Positions 27,465-40,544 of a DNA stretch of 64,000 bases are shown one piece after another (positions within the stretch are counted from its first letter, which is position 1; every line of letters begins with the position of its first letter). A program made the translations under genes and the position numbers. The notes under the pieces are model-generated. The model saw only the letters and a program-made list of their open reading frames with translations. It did not search any database and had not been told where the DNA came from. The stretch comes from Octopus sinensis (lineage: Eukaryota), in assembly GCF_006345805.1 (NCBI RefSeq), contig NC_043011.1:67406464-67470463 (forward strand). Direction: 5' to 3'.

Positions 27465-29405
27465 TCAGAGATATTGCTTGGGCTGAATTCAAAAATCTGG
27501 ATTCGACTGCAGCTTTTGAGGTGTACAAAACTCAACGAGACCGAGCCGTGAAAATTGAAAAGAAAGAACGCTTCAGTCACGAATACAAAATCGCGGCAAA
27601 TGCCAGTAGCAATCCAAAAACCTTCTTTGCCCATGTCCAGCGGAATTCCCGCTTGAACAACCAGATTGCAACGTTGGTAGACTCAACAGGCGTATCGATT
27701 GAGGACCCTTATCAAGAGAGTCAATTATTTGCCGAGGCTTTTTCAACTATTTTCAAACAAGATGATGGTCGTGAACCCCCTCCATTTGATAGATCGGTAC
27801 CTCCAATGCTTCTATTGGTCATCACGCGGGACGAAGTCAAACGTGTTATTCAAGGCCTCGATGTCAACAAAGGTCACGGCCCTGGCGGCATACACCCACG
27901 GGTTATCAAACCGATGGCTCCGGTCATCTGCGAGCCCTTAACACGACTATTCAATATGTCATTGGCGACGGGTGTTATACCTGCAGACTGGAGAACAGCG
28001 ATAATCTGCCCAATTTTCAAGAAAGGGAGCCGCGAAGACCCGCTTAACTACCGACCGATTTCCCTTACATCAATTATCAGCAAGTTGTTCGAAACCATCC
28101 TTAAGAAAAGTATGATGCTCCACCTCCTAAACACAGCCTCTATCTCTGATTCCCAACACGGCTTCGTGCCGAAGAGATCATGCTTGACCAACCTACTAGT
28201 AATGGAAGAATTGGTGACGCGCATCCTCGATGATAGTGATGCTGTTGGCATCGTTTTACTGGACTTTGCCAAAGCTTTTGACTCGGTAAACCACCGCCTA
28301 TTGCTTGTCAAGCTTCAAGCATATAGTTTCCATCCGGATATTGTACGATGGGTTGGTGCCTTCCTCTCAGATCGCTCCTTCCAAGTCCAAGTTAATGGTT
28401 CGCGGTCCGACGTCTCCAGTGCGAGCAGTGGCGTGCCTCAAAGTTCAGTGCTTGGGCCCTTGTTGTTCTTAGTCTTCATAAATGACTTGCCCGACGACCT
28501 CACGCAACACACCCTTCTATTTGCCGACGATATCAAACTGGTCGCTCCTCGCGGTAATATAGAGGATCTTCGTCGATGCCTCCACCAAATTTGGAAGTGG
28601 TCTAACAATTGGGACCTGTGTCTGAACGTGTCAAAGTGCTGTCATCTGCCTGTCGGCTCTACTCCTGCAGCTCAACTTGATTTCGAGCCGGGTCGTCTGC
28701 TGCTGGAGAGGACCGATCAGGTAAAGGACCTGGGTATCTTGGTGGATTCCTCCTTTTCGCCTTCGGCCCAGTGCGTCCATGTTGCCAACAAAGCACGCGG
28801 AATTCTGTTCTTGATTCGACGGTCATTCGGAATGCTCACAGCAGCCATATTCCTACCACTCTATGTCACGCTGGTGAGACCCATATTGGAGTATGGGATT
28901 CAAGCCTCTTCTCCTTATCTCCTCAAAGACATACAGCATCTCGAAAGAGTCCAGAAGCTGGCTAACCGCATGGTTCATGGTCTCCAAAATTTGTCCTACG
29001 AAGAAAGGCTGAGGACGCTCGACCTTTATTCTCTTGAAAAACGCCGCCGCCGTGGTGATTTCATTCTCGCCCACAACATCATAAGCGGAAAGTGTAACCT
29101 CTCGAAAGAGCTGTTCTTCACTCCGGCTCCAGAGCGTCGGCTGCGGGGTCATTCCGAAAAGCTCTACCTTCGACGATTTCATCTTAATCGAAGGAGAGGA
29201 GCTTTCTCCGTCCGGGTTGCGGATCCGTGGAACAAGCTGCCAGACGAGATGGTGAAGATGCCGACGACCGCTTTGTTCAAAGCCTCCCTTGACCTCAAGT
29301 GGCCTGAACTCTTTACATGAACACCACCCTGTACTTAACTCCATGTCCCCCTACATGGCCTTGCTATTTGCTTTTGAGCCAATTTAACTAACTAACTAAC
29401 TAACT
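27465..29405 (+). mobile_element. CR1-type LINE family C, 5'-truncated, RT frame uninterrupted, 9-bp TSD
   Basis: Open frame to 29320 (NYRPISLTS, QHGF, LDFAKAFDSV, FADD); (TAAC)n tail; AACATACAC at 27456-64 and 29406-14. Confidence 0.93.
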
Positions 29406-29520
29406 AACATACACACACACACACACATGATGCTAACTGGTAAACCAGTTTTGGGAGGTTGAACCGAACGGTACCGGAATAATGTAGAATAAATACAGTG
29501 CTAATAACAATAATTCATAC

Positions 29521-29697
29521 ATGGAATTTATAAACATTTAATGCATCGCCTGAAGAAATGAATCCATGAAGATGATCGAACTGGTACTCATAGATTCTAC
29601 GAACAGTAATCATCCCAGGAATACGGACTATGATCATAAGAGACATGTGATGTGTGGAAATTCGCATAGCGATGCATTAAATATTTATAAATTCCGT
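29521..29697 (+). ncRNA. Hammerhead-like motif enclosed by a 29-bp stem I
   Basis: Arms 29521-49 and 29669-97 (2 non-Watson-Crick positions); CTGAAGA 29550-56; GAAA 29657-60; AUA at 29666-68; stem II poorly paired. Confidence 0.5.
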
Positions 29698-29729
29698 AAA
29701 AGGATTATCGTTATTATTACTATATAAAG

Positions 29730-29875
29730 GTGCAGGAGTGGCTGTCTGGTAAGTAGTTGCTTACCAACCACATGGTTCCGGGTTCAGACCCACTGCGTGG
29801 CATCTTGGGCAAGTGTCTTCTAGCAAAGCCTTGCGAGTAGATTTGGTAGACGGAAACTGTAAGAAGTCCGTCGTA

Positions 29876-29924
<49 letters not shown>

Positions 29925-30120
29925 TTTTGTGTGTCTGTGTTTGTCCCCCAACAACCGATGCTGGTGTGTTTACGTCCCCGTAACTTAGCGGTTCGGCAAA
30001 AGGGACCGATAGAATAAGTACGAAGCTTACACAGAATAAGTCCTGGGGTTTATTTGCTCGACTGAAAGCGGTGCTCCAGCATGGCCGCAGTCAAATGACT
30101 GAAACAAGTAAAAGAGTATA
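29730..30120 (+). mobile_element. Full-length tRNA-derived SINE (family S1)
   Basis: A/B-box-like head, internal (TA)(GT)n, body, and LINE-like 3' tail GCGGTGCTCCAGCATGGCCGCAG...CTGAAACAAG. Confidence 0.85.
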
Positions 30121-31075
30121 TATATTTGTGTGTTTGTGTGTGTGTGTGCGTGTGTGTGTGTGTGTGTATACACTTATATGTTTATGTGTGTGTACGCATG
30201 TATGTTGTTGTACGAGTGTCTACCAGCCGCCAATAGCTTGACAACCGATACTGGTTGGTTTACCTCTAGTACCTATACTTCCAGAGACTAGTAAGTACCA
30301 GGCCTTGAAAACTAAATACTGGGGTTGACTTTTTCGACCGAAAACATTTCAATGTTTATGCCCCTGCATGGCCACACACCAAAGTCGTAATCACATATAT
30401 TTCTTTCTCCTCTCAGTCTCCTTTCTATAATTTTAAAATTTAAACTTCATTATGAAATAAGTTTAAAATTTATTTCCTGTCTTGTAATGCTACAAAATCT
30501 TTATTATCTTTTTCTTCGTCAGAGGCAATGAAAACATTCAGACACCACAGAAGATTAATTACATTAATTATAAATATGATAAAATATGATAAATATTCTA
30601 ATGAAACAAAATATTGAGTTCATAAAATGCAATTTAATTTCAAGCGGTGATGGTGGGGAAGAAATGTTAACAAAAGCCAAAGAAAATGGATACAAAGTAC
30701 AAAATGAGAATTAATCAACCAAATTACATAGCCCTATTAATTACAAAACCATACTAAGCGATGGTATTGACTGCAATACCTTAGTAATCAAATGGTCATA
30801 GTAATTAAATGGCCATGGTAATTAGATGACCATTGTAATTAAATTGTAACAAAAATCCAGCTTATTATTGCATGTTTGATTGAAATATTGGTAACGAATT
30901 TTTAATAATTGCATTTTCTTCGAGTGGGATTGTACATGTATATATGAGTACACGTGCACAAACTTACACACGCACGCACAAACTTACACAAACATATACA
31001 TTCATACATCCCACGCACGCATATATACATTACGGATATGTATATGTGTGCGTGTGCGTATGTACATACATGCAC

Positions 31076-31136
<61 letters not shown>

Positions 31137-31307
31137 ATAATATATAAAAGCAATTAAGATTCAAGTCAATTCTAATGAATTTACTTGAATACGGTACTTA
31201 ACTTAGATGCACCAGAAGACTATATGGTGTTAACCATACAGTAATGTGGGGTGATTATAAACGAGAAAGAAACAACAAGAATGGATTAGTTTGTTGCTTC
31301 TTTCTCG

Positions 31308-31341
<34 letters not shown>

Positions 31342-31585
31342 GAATGTGTACAGATATTTGTGTATACATATATATGAATGTATCTATGTACTCATGCATA
31401 TAAGTGCATGTATACTTGCATTTATACACGTATGTATGCATGCGTGTATGTATGAGTGTGTGTATGCATGCATGTTTTTATGCATGTATGATTTTTTTAC
31501 ATATACTTTTAATTAGCAGAAAGTTATTTGTCATGTGAGGCCAGAGCTCCGTGCTTGGTACTTTTCAAAGCGCGCGCACGCACAT

Positions 31586-31673
<88 letters not shown>

Positions 31674-31831
31674 TAATAAATAAAACATATGCATATATAT
31701 AAACATATATGTACGTACCTACCTCTACATGTATATATACACGCATATATGAGTACAGGACACCAAAGGGACGTCGAACACAATGAGAAACGAAAACATA
31801 GACACAAACCAAGGAACTGGACATTTTTTTA

Positions 31832-31884
<53 letters not shown>

Positions 31885-31959
31885 ATAATAAATACTGATA
31901 ATAAATACATTGTTTATTGATTTAGAGCCATGATTAATTGTTAAATGCATACATGGATA

Positions 31960-33092
31960 AATGGATAAAGGTATCGTTACAGACGTTCCAACGGACGACC
32001 ACCGCTTTCCAAACACACCCGCTAACGCAAAACAATAAATTCAACAGCGTTACAAAGCATATCATTTGTAACTGCGACACATTTTCTTTCATTTTTCTCT
32101 TTCAACTCATCGACTTTTGCTGGTTTTGAGCCATAAACCTTATCTTTGAGATATTCTCATACAAAGAAGTTCATTGGAGTAAGGTCTTGGGAACGCTCAA
32201 GAAATTCGCCCTATCTATCTGTTCGGAAAAATTACATCGAGGTAGGTAGGCTCTTACATCACGATGGCAGTGCAATGATGCTCTGTCTTGTTGAAAGTAA
32301 ATCTCTTCGTCACCAAACAACTCTTCACCGCGCAGAACAATGGATTCCTACAACAAGTTTAGGTAAACATCCCCACTGACAGTTTAGTAAAAATAAGAAT
32401 AGCCCTAGAATCTCCAATGCTGAGACCCCACACCACACTGTAATTCGTGGTAAGCTCAAATGGTACTCCATAGAAATATGGGGATTTTCCGGAACCCAGT
32501 TGGTGCAATTATGTTGCTTAATTGAACTACTTAACTTAAAGCTGGTCTCATCACTCCCAACAATTTTGGATGGAAATGCTGCATCTTCCTCGCATTTGCA
32601 CAGGCACCACTCAAAGAATTCAGCTCTCTGGCCAGAATTGTCTTCATTTAGAGCGTAAATTAATGTTGGGATGTAACATTTTCAACGAACTCGCTTCAAA
32701 GTGCGATGGGCGCTTGATTTTGGTATTCCTATCTCCTGGGTGACTTGTATAGATTTCTTTGGGGTTCGTTGGAGGGTTTCTCCTTTGTGATGCTGGTTGA
32801 TGACCTAAGTCTTTCGAAACTCTTCTTATGAACGTCATGCACAATTCCATCTGATTCAAACTTATCTCGGAAGCGAGCAAGGGTCTGTCGCGCAGATCGA
32901 TTTTTGTAGATGTCTTCGAAATTGTCTTCGCATTTCCAGGATGTTTTCGTGCTTCCAGGAGCACTTTATGATATTTTTTTTTCTTCAAAACTTGGTCGTA
33001 CTTCTTCCATGACTAATTTGATCTAAAAAGAAATAAATTCAATAAGTTATGGGTGGGGGCCAAAATGTGAGTACATGTTTGGAGACGCCCTG
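31960..33092 (-). mobile_element. Degenerate Tc1/mariner-superfamily transposon
   Basis: Minus strand SQDLTPMNFFV*EYLKDKV (about 32135-32190) matches SPDLTPLDFFLWGYLK; terminus TA|CAGGGCGTC at 33094-33085. Confidence 0.7.
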
Positions 33093-33630
33093 TATATATG
33101 TACATATAGTAAAATAATTAGATCCAAATGATAGTTTGTTATATGTATACACGGCCAAGAAACTGAAAATTCAGGTGGTATAGGATTTCTTGAAAGAAAT
33201 CATGAGTAAACCCGAATAAATATATCTAACACAGAGCAACTGTCCATGAATATCTAACGCAGAGCAGCTGTCCATAAGATGAACAAGACCGTAGCGACCC
33301 ACACTCTGATTCGTTATAAGACATTACAAAGCATCTTCATATGAGAATAATCAGTCTCTTGAAATGAATTAGAAATTACTGATGTTCTAAAAGCGAATAC
33401 ATGTTTTCCTGATAAGGAAAGTATAGTAATGTCAATATAATTTGGCATAGCATTCCTAAAAATAAGGCGGCGAGCTGGCCGAAACATTAGCACGTCGGTC
33501 AAAATACCTAACAGCATTTCTTTCGGTCTTGTACGTTCTAAGTTCAACTTCTGTCACCGAGATCAGCGTTGTCTTTCTTTACTTCAGACTTGTAATTGTT
33601 ACGAAGCATGTAGAAATATGAATAGAAATA

Positions 33631-34201
33631 TTAGATTGTTCGGAAAGTTCGTGCCGATTTTTAAAGGAAAGGAAAAGGTCAATAAATACTTGCCATTACA
33701 TTTTTAATCAACCAAATATGAACCATTTTGTTGCACAATGTGCCTCCATCTTTCGCTTAACTTGAAAATACCCTCTTCCCAGAACTCAGGTGGTTTCATG
33801 GCAAAGAATTCATCAAAGTATCTTTTTACATCATCCAAGGAATTGAATTTTTTCCCATTAAGACTATTCTGCAGAGGCATTAATAAGTGGAAATCCGAAG
33901 GAGCAATGTCTGGTGAATATGGAGGGTGGGGTAACACATCCCAGCCGAGCTGCAGCAATTTTCGCCTGGTTCCCAAAGGATCAAGTATCGAAAATGCACT
34001 TTCTTACCTTCCATTTTAAAGGGCTACAGAATCACCACAGGTTATAGGAACATAAACCTTCTTCCACGAAAAGATAGCTAAAACTGTGCTCTAAATGGAA
34101 GTGAAGTGTAGTCAAATCCTATTTTATGGACTCAACCATGTTCTAAATTAAGTCGAAAGGTAAGCTAATATAAATCGGCACGAACTTTCCAGACAACCCA
34201 A
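33631..34201 (-). mobile_element. Internally deleted mariner (571 bp) with both TIRs
   Basis: 30-bp TIRs TTAGATTGTTCGGAAAGTTCGTGCCGATTT / AAATCGGCACGAACTTTCCAGACAACCCAA, TA on both sides; ORF with HPPYSPDIAPSDFHL. Confidence 0.92.
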
Positions 34202-34987
34202 TACATTCATCAATCACTGCTTTATTCTGTGTCTGTCAGTCTATGAGATTCTAAAGTGGTATCCCACTTCTCCATGTACAAAGATAAACAGGTCCTGAAG
34301 AGCATCATATAAGCCATGTTTCTCACTTATCTTATTTATGTTGCTGGACCGAAGTCCTTGGAAAACCTCACTTTTGTCAAGTTTCTGATCATTCATGGTC
34401 AAAACATAATCATTGCAAATTGGTTCACTGATGGAAACGGTAATGTCCCTTGCAAACGCTTATCTCTATCAATGGCTAATTTCAAATCCGCAGCAACAAC
34501 AGTTACAAAAGGATAATTAAAATTTTGTTGCTAATTGTTTGAGAATGGAATCCTTTCCTGGATCTGAAATATATCGATTCTGCTGCTCTTCGTGTTCTTG
34601 CAACAAAGTCCTTCCTACTTATGCACATTACCGACAAAACAGCTTGCAAAAATTACTGAGGCTCATTTAATTGAAACTGTGTAATTTTTAATCCGCTAAA
34701 ATGGTAGACTTATCTCATCTTTGCACTTAGAATGTTAGGATGAAACCTACACCAATTACGATGGTAACTCCAAAAGATGCCATCTGAAATTCGAAGTTAA
34801 AAATTCTGATTACTTTAAAGAAATGTTTGGACACCGTTGCAGAGATTAACAACAGCATTTTCAATAGATCTGGGGTCTCACCTAATAAAGATATACTTAC
34901 TTTTGCAAAATGTAAAAACACATTTCTCCGCGTTACCTTTCTACTTCTTTACTTCACAGGTAGCCATTTATCACCCTACCAGTGAAG

Positions 34988-35330
34988 GTGCCTGGCTCAG
35001 TGGTTAGGGGCATTCGACTCATGATCGTATGGTCGTGAGTTCATTTCCCGGCGGCGCGTTCTGTCCTTGAGCAAGACACTTTATTTCACGTTGCTCCAGT
35101 CCATTCAGCTGGCAAAAATGATTTGTACCTGTATTTTTCAAGGGGTCAGCCTTGTCACACTCTGCGTCACGGTGAATCTCCCCAAGAACTACGTTAAGGG
35201 TACACGTGTTTGCGGAGTGCTCAACCACTTGCAAGTTAATTTCACGAGCAAAGCTGTTCCGTTGATTGTATCAGCTTGGACCCTCGTCGTCGCAACCGAC
35301 GGAGTGCTCCTGTTAATGGGGGTGTTAGTT
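34988..35330 (+). mobile_element. tRNA-derived SINE (family S2)
   Basis: TGGCTCAGTGG A box, GAGTTCATTTCC B-box variant; highly similar to 59688-60000. Confidence 0.85.
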
Positions 35331-36071
35331 CACGTTGGCTGACTAATTAAGAAAAGCATTTAGCAAGAAGTCTATTCTTATCGTCTGGTCATGGAATGTG
35401 TGACGTAATCAATATGAAGGCGTGCTTGATGTTGTTTCTCAGTTTCTTACGTGTTTCTCGTTTGTGTGGCGGCTTGTGTGTTGCGCTGCGTTTGGCATTG
35501 TTGTTATGTTCAATGCGTGTCTGAAAGCATCAATTTTGATACGGGACAGACATTCATTTATTGTCTTTTACTGTGTTTCTAACTTAGACAGCTTTCGAAA
35601 AAGCTCCTGTCCATAATATTTTCTTTTCTTTCTTTCTTGTTTTTTTTGTTTCTTTAGCAAAGTCGCATCATGAATATTTGTTTTTCAAAAATATCGATCT
35701 GGCAGTCTAAGTGTCAATGAAATAAAAGTGAAAAGAAAACAAACATTTAAACGAATGGTCAGTTCCAGGAGACTAAGAACTGTCTGTCTATACAGCGTGA
35801 TAATATTTTTCAAAGACGATAATTAAATAGAAGAGAGAGGAGAATATAAAGATAGAGATACTGGTAGAAGAAGGGTAGAAATGTTCTCGAATGGTGATGG
35901 GGTCCATTTCAGATAGAAATGAAATTATATGACATTGTGTCAAAGCTTATATTAAGCTGGGAACGTTGACAATATAAAAGATAATAGCAAAAAGAATAGT
36001 ATCTGAGAATTTTAATCCTTAATATGATTGTGTGTGTGTCTGAGAGAGAGGGGGAGAGTTTGTATGTGTTA

Positions 36072-36115
<44 letters not shown>

Positions 36116-36536
36116 TGTGTGCCTGTGTATACATATAAATATATGCATACATATAGATGGATAGATAGATAAATAGATAGTTATGTGTATATGTTTGTCT
36201 ATCTATATATGTATATATGTGTTCGTGCGTACGTATGTGTGTATGTATGTGTCTATGCACACACACACACACACACATACCTATATAAAGGAGAACTGGG
36301 AAAATATTGTACACAACAGTCAGTTGTAAAGACAGTGTTGTGCTGCCTTGAAACTTAAAATGTATCGTATTTGAGATCAAAGTGTTGAAGAATGTCTTTC
36401 AATAGTATTGATGAAATACCATTCAAATATTGAAATTAACACAAAGGACAAATATATATAAATATATGGGTGGGGTGGCGTATTGCTTTTTGAGTGCCTG
36501 CGTATGTGCATGTGTGTGGCTGAGTATACGTATATC

Positions 36537-36569
<33 letters not shown>

Positions 36570-36856
36570 CTACATGTATGTGTGTGCATCTGTGCTTCTA
36601 CGTATATTTACTGCTTAAAATAAATGCTTATGCACTAGATTAAATATATATATCCGCAGAATTCTTGTTCTCATTTCTTTCACATCACTTAAACTTCAAA
36701 CATATTCTTACTTCAATGCAAGGTGTGGTAATGCAAAATGTTTCAAATTGGCGAAATTAGTGTTCGCTGCTAAATATGAAGACCTCAAACCAATGAGATC
36801 GTTTCTTTCCTATTCTTTGTAAGACAGAAATAGACAGACAGACAGACATACAGATG

Positions 36857-36917
<61 letters not shown>

Positions 36918-36956
36918 ATACATACATACACACACACACACACACCACACACACAC

Positions 36957-36993
<37 letters not shown>

Positions 36994-36994
36994 T

Positions 36995-37530
36995 AAATAA
37001 TAATAATAATATTAGGGAGTAAATCCAAACTTACAGGGGAAAATTAGATTTAGGATTAAATCTAATTTTACAGTATAAATATATATTTTAAATTAGAGAT
37101 AAAACCACTATAATGCAAATCAAACAGTGAAAAACATTAACCAAAACATAGACATAAATTAATTAATATAATATACAAAATATATAAAATATAAAATTCA
37201 AAATTTAAATTATTTAAATTTAAAGTTAAAATTAAATTTTTTTTTTTTTAATTATTAATTTACTATATGTGGTGGATGCAGATGTCTTTAAAATAAAACT
37301 GGATCTCTTCCTGTCAGGTGTCCCAGATGAACCAACTTCACGGCAGGAGGTGCAGATGAGGGCAGCTGCATCGAACTCTTTTATGCACCAAATGGCAATT
37401 GTTAAAAAGCATTCGTGAAGTAAAATCATGTAGCAACACCAAATGGCGGTGCCCCAGCATGGCCACAGCTCGTGAGCTTAAACTAGGTAAAATAAAATAA
37501 AAAAATAATACTTATAAATTTATATATAAC
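36995..37530 (-). mobile_element. Family X-related non-coding arm, interrupted by a LINE A tail; inverted partner at 40325-40540
   Basis: ATTAGGGAGTAAATCCAA start resembles 15470; 37085-37260 is the reverse complement of 40350-40535. Confidence 0.7.
37262..37505 (+). mobile_element. LINE family A 3'-terminal fragment
   Basis: Matches about 20825-21045, ends with the stem-loop tail and (TAAAA)n. Confidence 0.9.
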
Positions 37531-37908
37531 GGGAAGCTTTATGAAAATAGACAAAAGACGAAGGCAGGTGGAAAACAAACAAACAATTGTATTAGTATGG
37601 CGCTCAGGAAATATAAATAAAACAAGTCTTTAACGTTTCGAGCCTACGCTCTTCAACAGAAAGATACACAGAGAGAAAAAAAACACAGAAAGAAGGAGAG
37701 ATAAAAAATGCGTGCAGTAACTAACGAATCAACATGGCGATCTGATTTCGGCCAGAGGTCAAAGATCAAACATGAGACGCGAGAGCGAAATAAGGGGAGA
37801 TAATAGGGTTGATAATAGGGTTGAATGACCAGCTATTAGTGCGTAGGAGGGGTCTGGACGTGTGTATGTATAGGGTTGGTGTATGTATTAGTATGTATTA
37901 GTATGTAT

Positions 37909-37945
<37 letters not shown>

Positions 37946-39506
37946 AGAGAGTATTAGTGCGTAGGATAGGTCTGGACGTGCGTATATATGGGGTTGGTGT
38001 ATGTATTAGTATGTATTAGTATGAATTAGTACGTATTAGTATGTATAAGTGTGTGTGTGTGTGTATGAGAGAGTATAAGTGCGTATGAGGGGTCTGGACG
38101 TGTGTATGTATAGGGTTGGTGTATGTATTAGTATGTATTATATGTATTAGTACGTATTAGTATGTTATTAGTTGGTGTATGTATTAGTATGGCACATCAT
38201 ATATGATGTGATGTGTAAAGTCGTGTGGTGTAGTGAGGAGAAGAGGGGGAGGGGCGAAGAGGGGGAGAATGGGAGGGGAGAAGAGGGGAGAGGGGCAGAG
38301 AAGGGGGGAAGGAAGGGGAGGAGGAGGGGAGGAAGGAGGAAAGAGAGAGAGGGGGAGAGAGAAGGGGAGTGAGGGAGCAGAGGGAAGGGGAAGAGGGAAG
38401 GAGGGAGGGAGAAAGAGGGAAGAAGGGAAGGGGAGTAGGGGTGAAAGGATGAAGGACTGAAGAAGTAGGGGTCGGGGGGAAGGATAGGTGAGGAGGGGGA
38501 GAGGGGGGTTAGATGAGGAGGGGGAGAGTTGAGACCAAATGGCGTATAAGAGCGAAGAGAGAAGATTAATTCCTGTTCACGGCGCAAACGGGAATCCGGA
38601 TGGCCTCTGTGTAAGGACAAACCGAACACAGATAGGTGTTGCAAGGAGTGACCGGTGGAGCGGAAATGGCGTGAGACCGGTGTGTCGTTCGCAAGGTGGA
38701 TGTCACGAAGTGTTTCCGCGAACCGGTCAGCCAAGCGGCGTCCCGTTTGTCCGATGTACAAGGAATTGCAGAGAGAGCAAGAGACGCAATAGATAATATT
38801 GCTGGAGGTGCAGGTGAAGGAGTGGATGATGGGATAGGGTCGATGGTGGGTGCTAGTGAGGCGGGTGGTGTTGGAGAGGTAAGGGCAAGTGCGGCAACGT
38901 GGGCAGGAGCAGGGGAACGAGCTGGGTTGGGAGGTAGGGTCAGGGAAGGAGCTATGGACCAAAAGGTCTCGAAGGTTGTGGCTCGTTTGAAAGAGGGGGA
39001 GGGGTCGGTTAGGGAAGAAGTTGTGAAGGACGGGTCGGACTGGAGATGACGGAAAGCTCGAAGAATGGTGCGTTGGAGACGTAGGGTCGTGGGGTGGTAA
39101 GTGAGGGGAAAAGGGAGGCGGAGACTACAGGGCGGGTTCGGGGAGAGAGAGCAGATACACGGTCCACGGACCGTGCTCTGGCAAGGGCGGTGTGGATAGT
39201 GGTGAGGGGGTATCACGTAGGGTGAAGTGGTGAGCCATACGTTGAGACTGAGTCTCAAAGTCATGGTCGTCACTACAGAGCCTACGTAGACGGAGGAATT
39301 GGGAATAGGGGATGGAAAGCTTGGTGTGTTCTGGGTGGGAGGAAGAGAAGTTGAGGTATGAGTGTGACTCTGTGTGTTTGTAGTGAATGGAGGTGGTAAG
39401 AGTGGAGTGAAGAATGCTAACCGAAATGTCGAGGAAGGAGATAGAGGTGTTGGAGATAGTGGAAGTGAAGTGGAGGGCTGGATGGAAAGATTGGACGAAA
39501 GAGAGG
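37530..39506 (-). mobile_element. Penelope-like element, 5'-truncated (RT C-terminus + GIY-YIG endonuclease + 3' terminal repeat)
   Basis: Minus strand: SFLDISV, HYKHTESHSYLNFSSSHP, SIPYSQFLRLRRLCS, PLTYHP, LQSDP, CSCPRCRTC, IIYCVSCSLCNSLYIGQTGR; frameshifted; degenerate HHR at 37625-37667 (CTGTTGA-A-GAGC/GCTC-GAAACGTTA). Confidence 0.9.
37830..38200 (-). repeat. About 105-120-bp compound tandem repeat in the PLE 3' region
   Basis: About 3 units of GTCTGGACGTG...GTATTAGTATG...(GT)n. Confidence 0.85.
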
Positions 39507-40325
39507 AATGATGTGCCATACTAATACATACACCAACTAATACATACTAATACATACACCAACCCCATACATACGCACGTCCAGACCTATCCTACGCACT
39601 AATACTCTCTCATACACACACACACACACACACACCCTTATACATACTAATACATACTAATACATACACCAACCCTATACATACACACGTCCAGACCTAT
39701 CCTACGCACTAATACTCTCTCATACACACACACACACACACACACCCTTATACATACTAATACATACACCAACCCCATACATACACACGTCCAGACCTAT
39801 CCTACGCACTAATACTCTCTCATACACACACACACACACACACACACCCTTATACATACTAATACATACTAATACATACACCAACCCTATACATACACAC
39901 GTCCAGACCTATCCTACGCACTAATACTCTCTCATACACACACACACACACACACACCCTTATACATACTAATACATACTAATACATACACCAACCCCAT
40001 ACATACGCACGTCCAGACCTATCCTACGCACTAATACTCTCTCATACACACACACACACACACACCCTTATACATACTAATACATACACCAACCCCATAC
40101 ATACGCACGTCCAGACCTATCCTACGCACTAATACTCTCTCATACACACACACACACACACACACACCCTTATACATACTAATACATACTAATACATACA
40201 CCAACCCCATACATACGCACGTCCAGACCTATCCTACGCACTAATACTCTCTCATACACACACACACACACACATACACACACCCTTATACATACTAATA
40301 CATACTAATACATACACCAACCCTA
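39507..40325 (+). repeat. Inverted, expanded array (about 7 units) of the same compound repeat
   Basis: CACGTCCAGACCTATCCTACGCACTAATACTCTCTCAT(AC)n units; starts ATGATGTGCC, the mirror of about 38190-38200. Confidence 0.9.
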
Positions 40326-40544
40326 TACATATATTTATATATTTATAAGTATAAATTAATAATTTTAAAAAATTTTGTTAAATTTTAACTTTAAATTTAA
40401 ATAATTTTAATTTTGAATTTTTATATTTTATATATTTTGTATATTATATTAATTAATTTATTTCCATGTTTTGGTTTATGTTTTTCACTGTTTGATTTAC
40501 CTAATAGTGGTTTGATCTCTAATTTAATATATATATAATGACCC

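Noticed and set aside
37800-37825. TAGGGTTG repeats as a telomeric seed
   Set aside because: Only two imperfect copies, not (TTAGGG)n
38168-38520. Pro/Ser/Leu-rich C-terminal extension of the GIY-YIG ORF
   Set aside because: Read-through into a polypyrimidine tract, probably 3' UTR
39507-40325. Regularly spaced repeats resembling a CRISPR array
   Set aside because: Units are wholly repeated with only microsatellite length variation, no unique spacers, eukaryotic context, no cas genes
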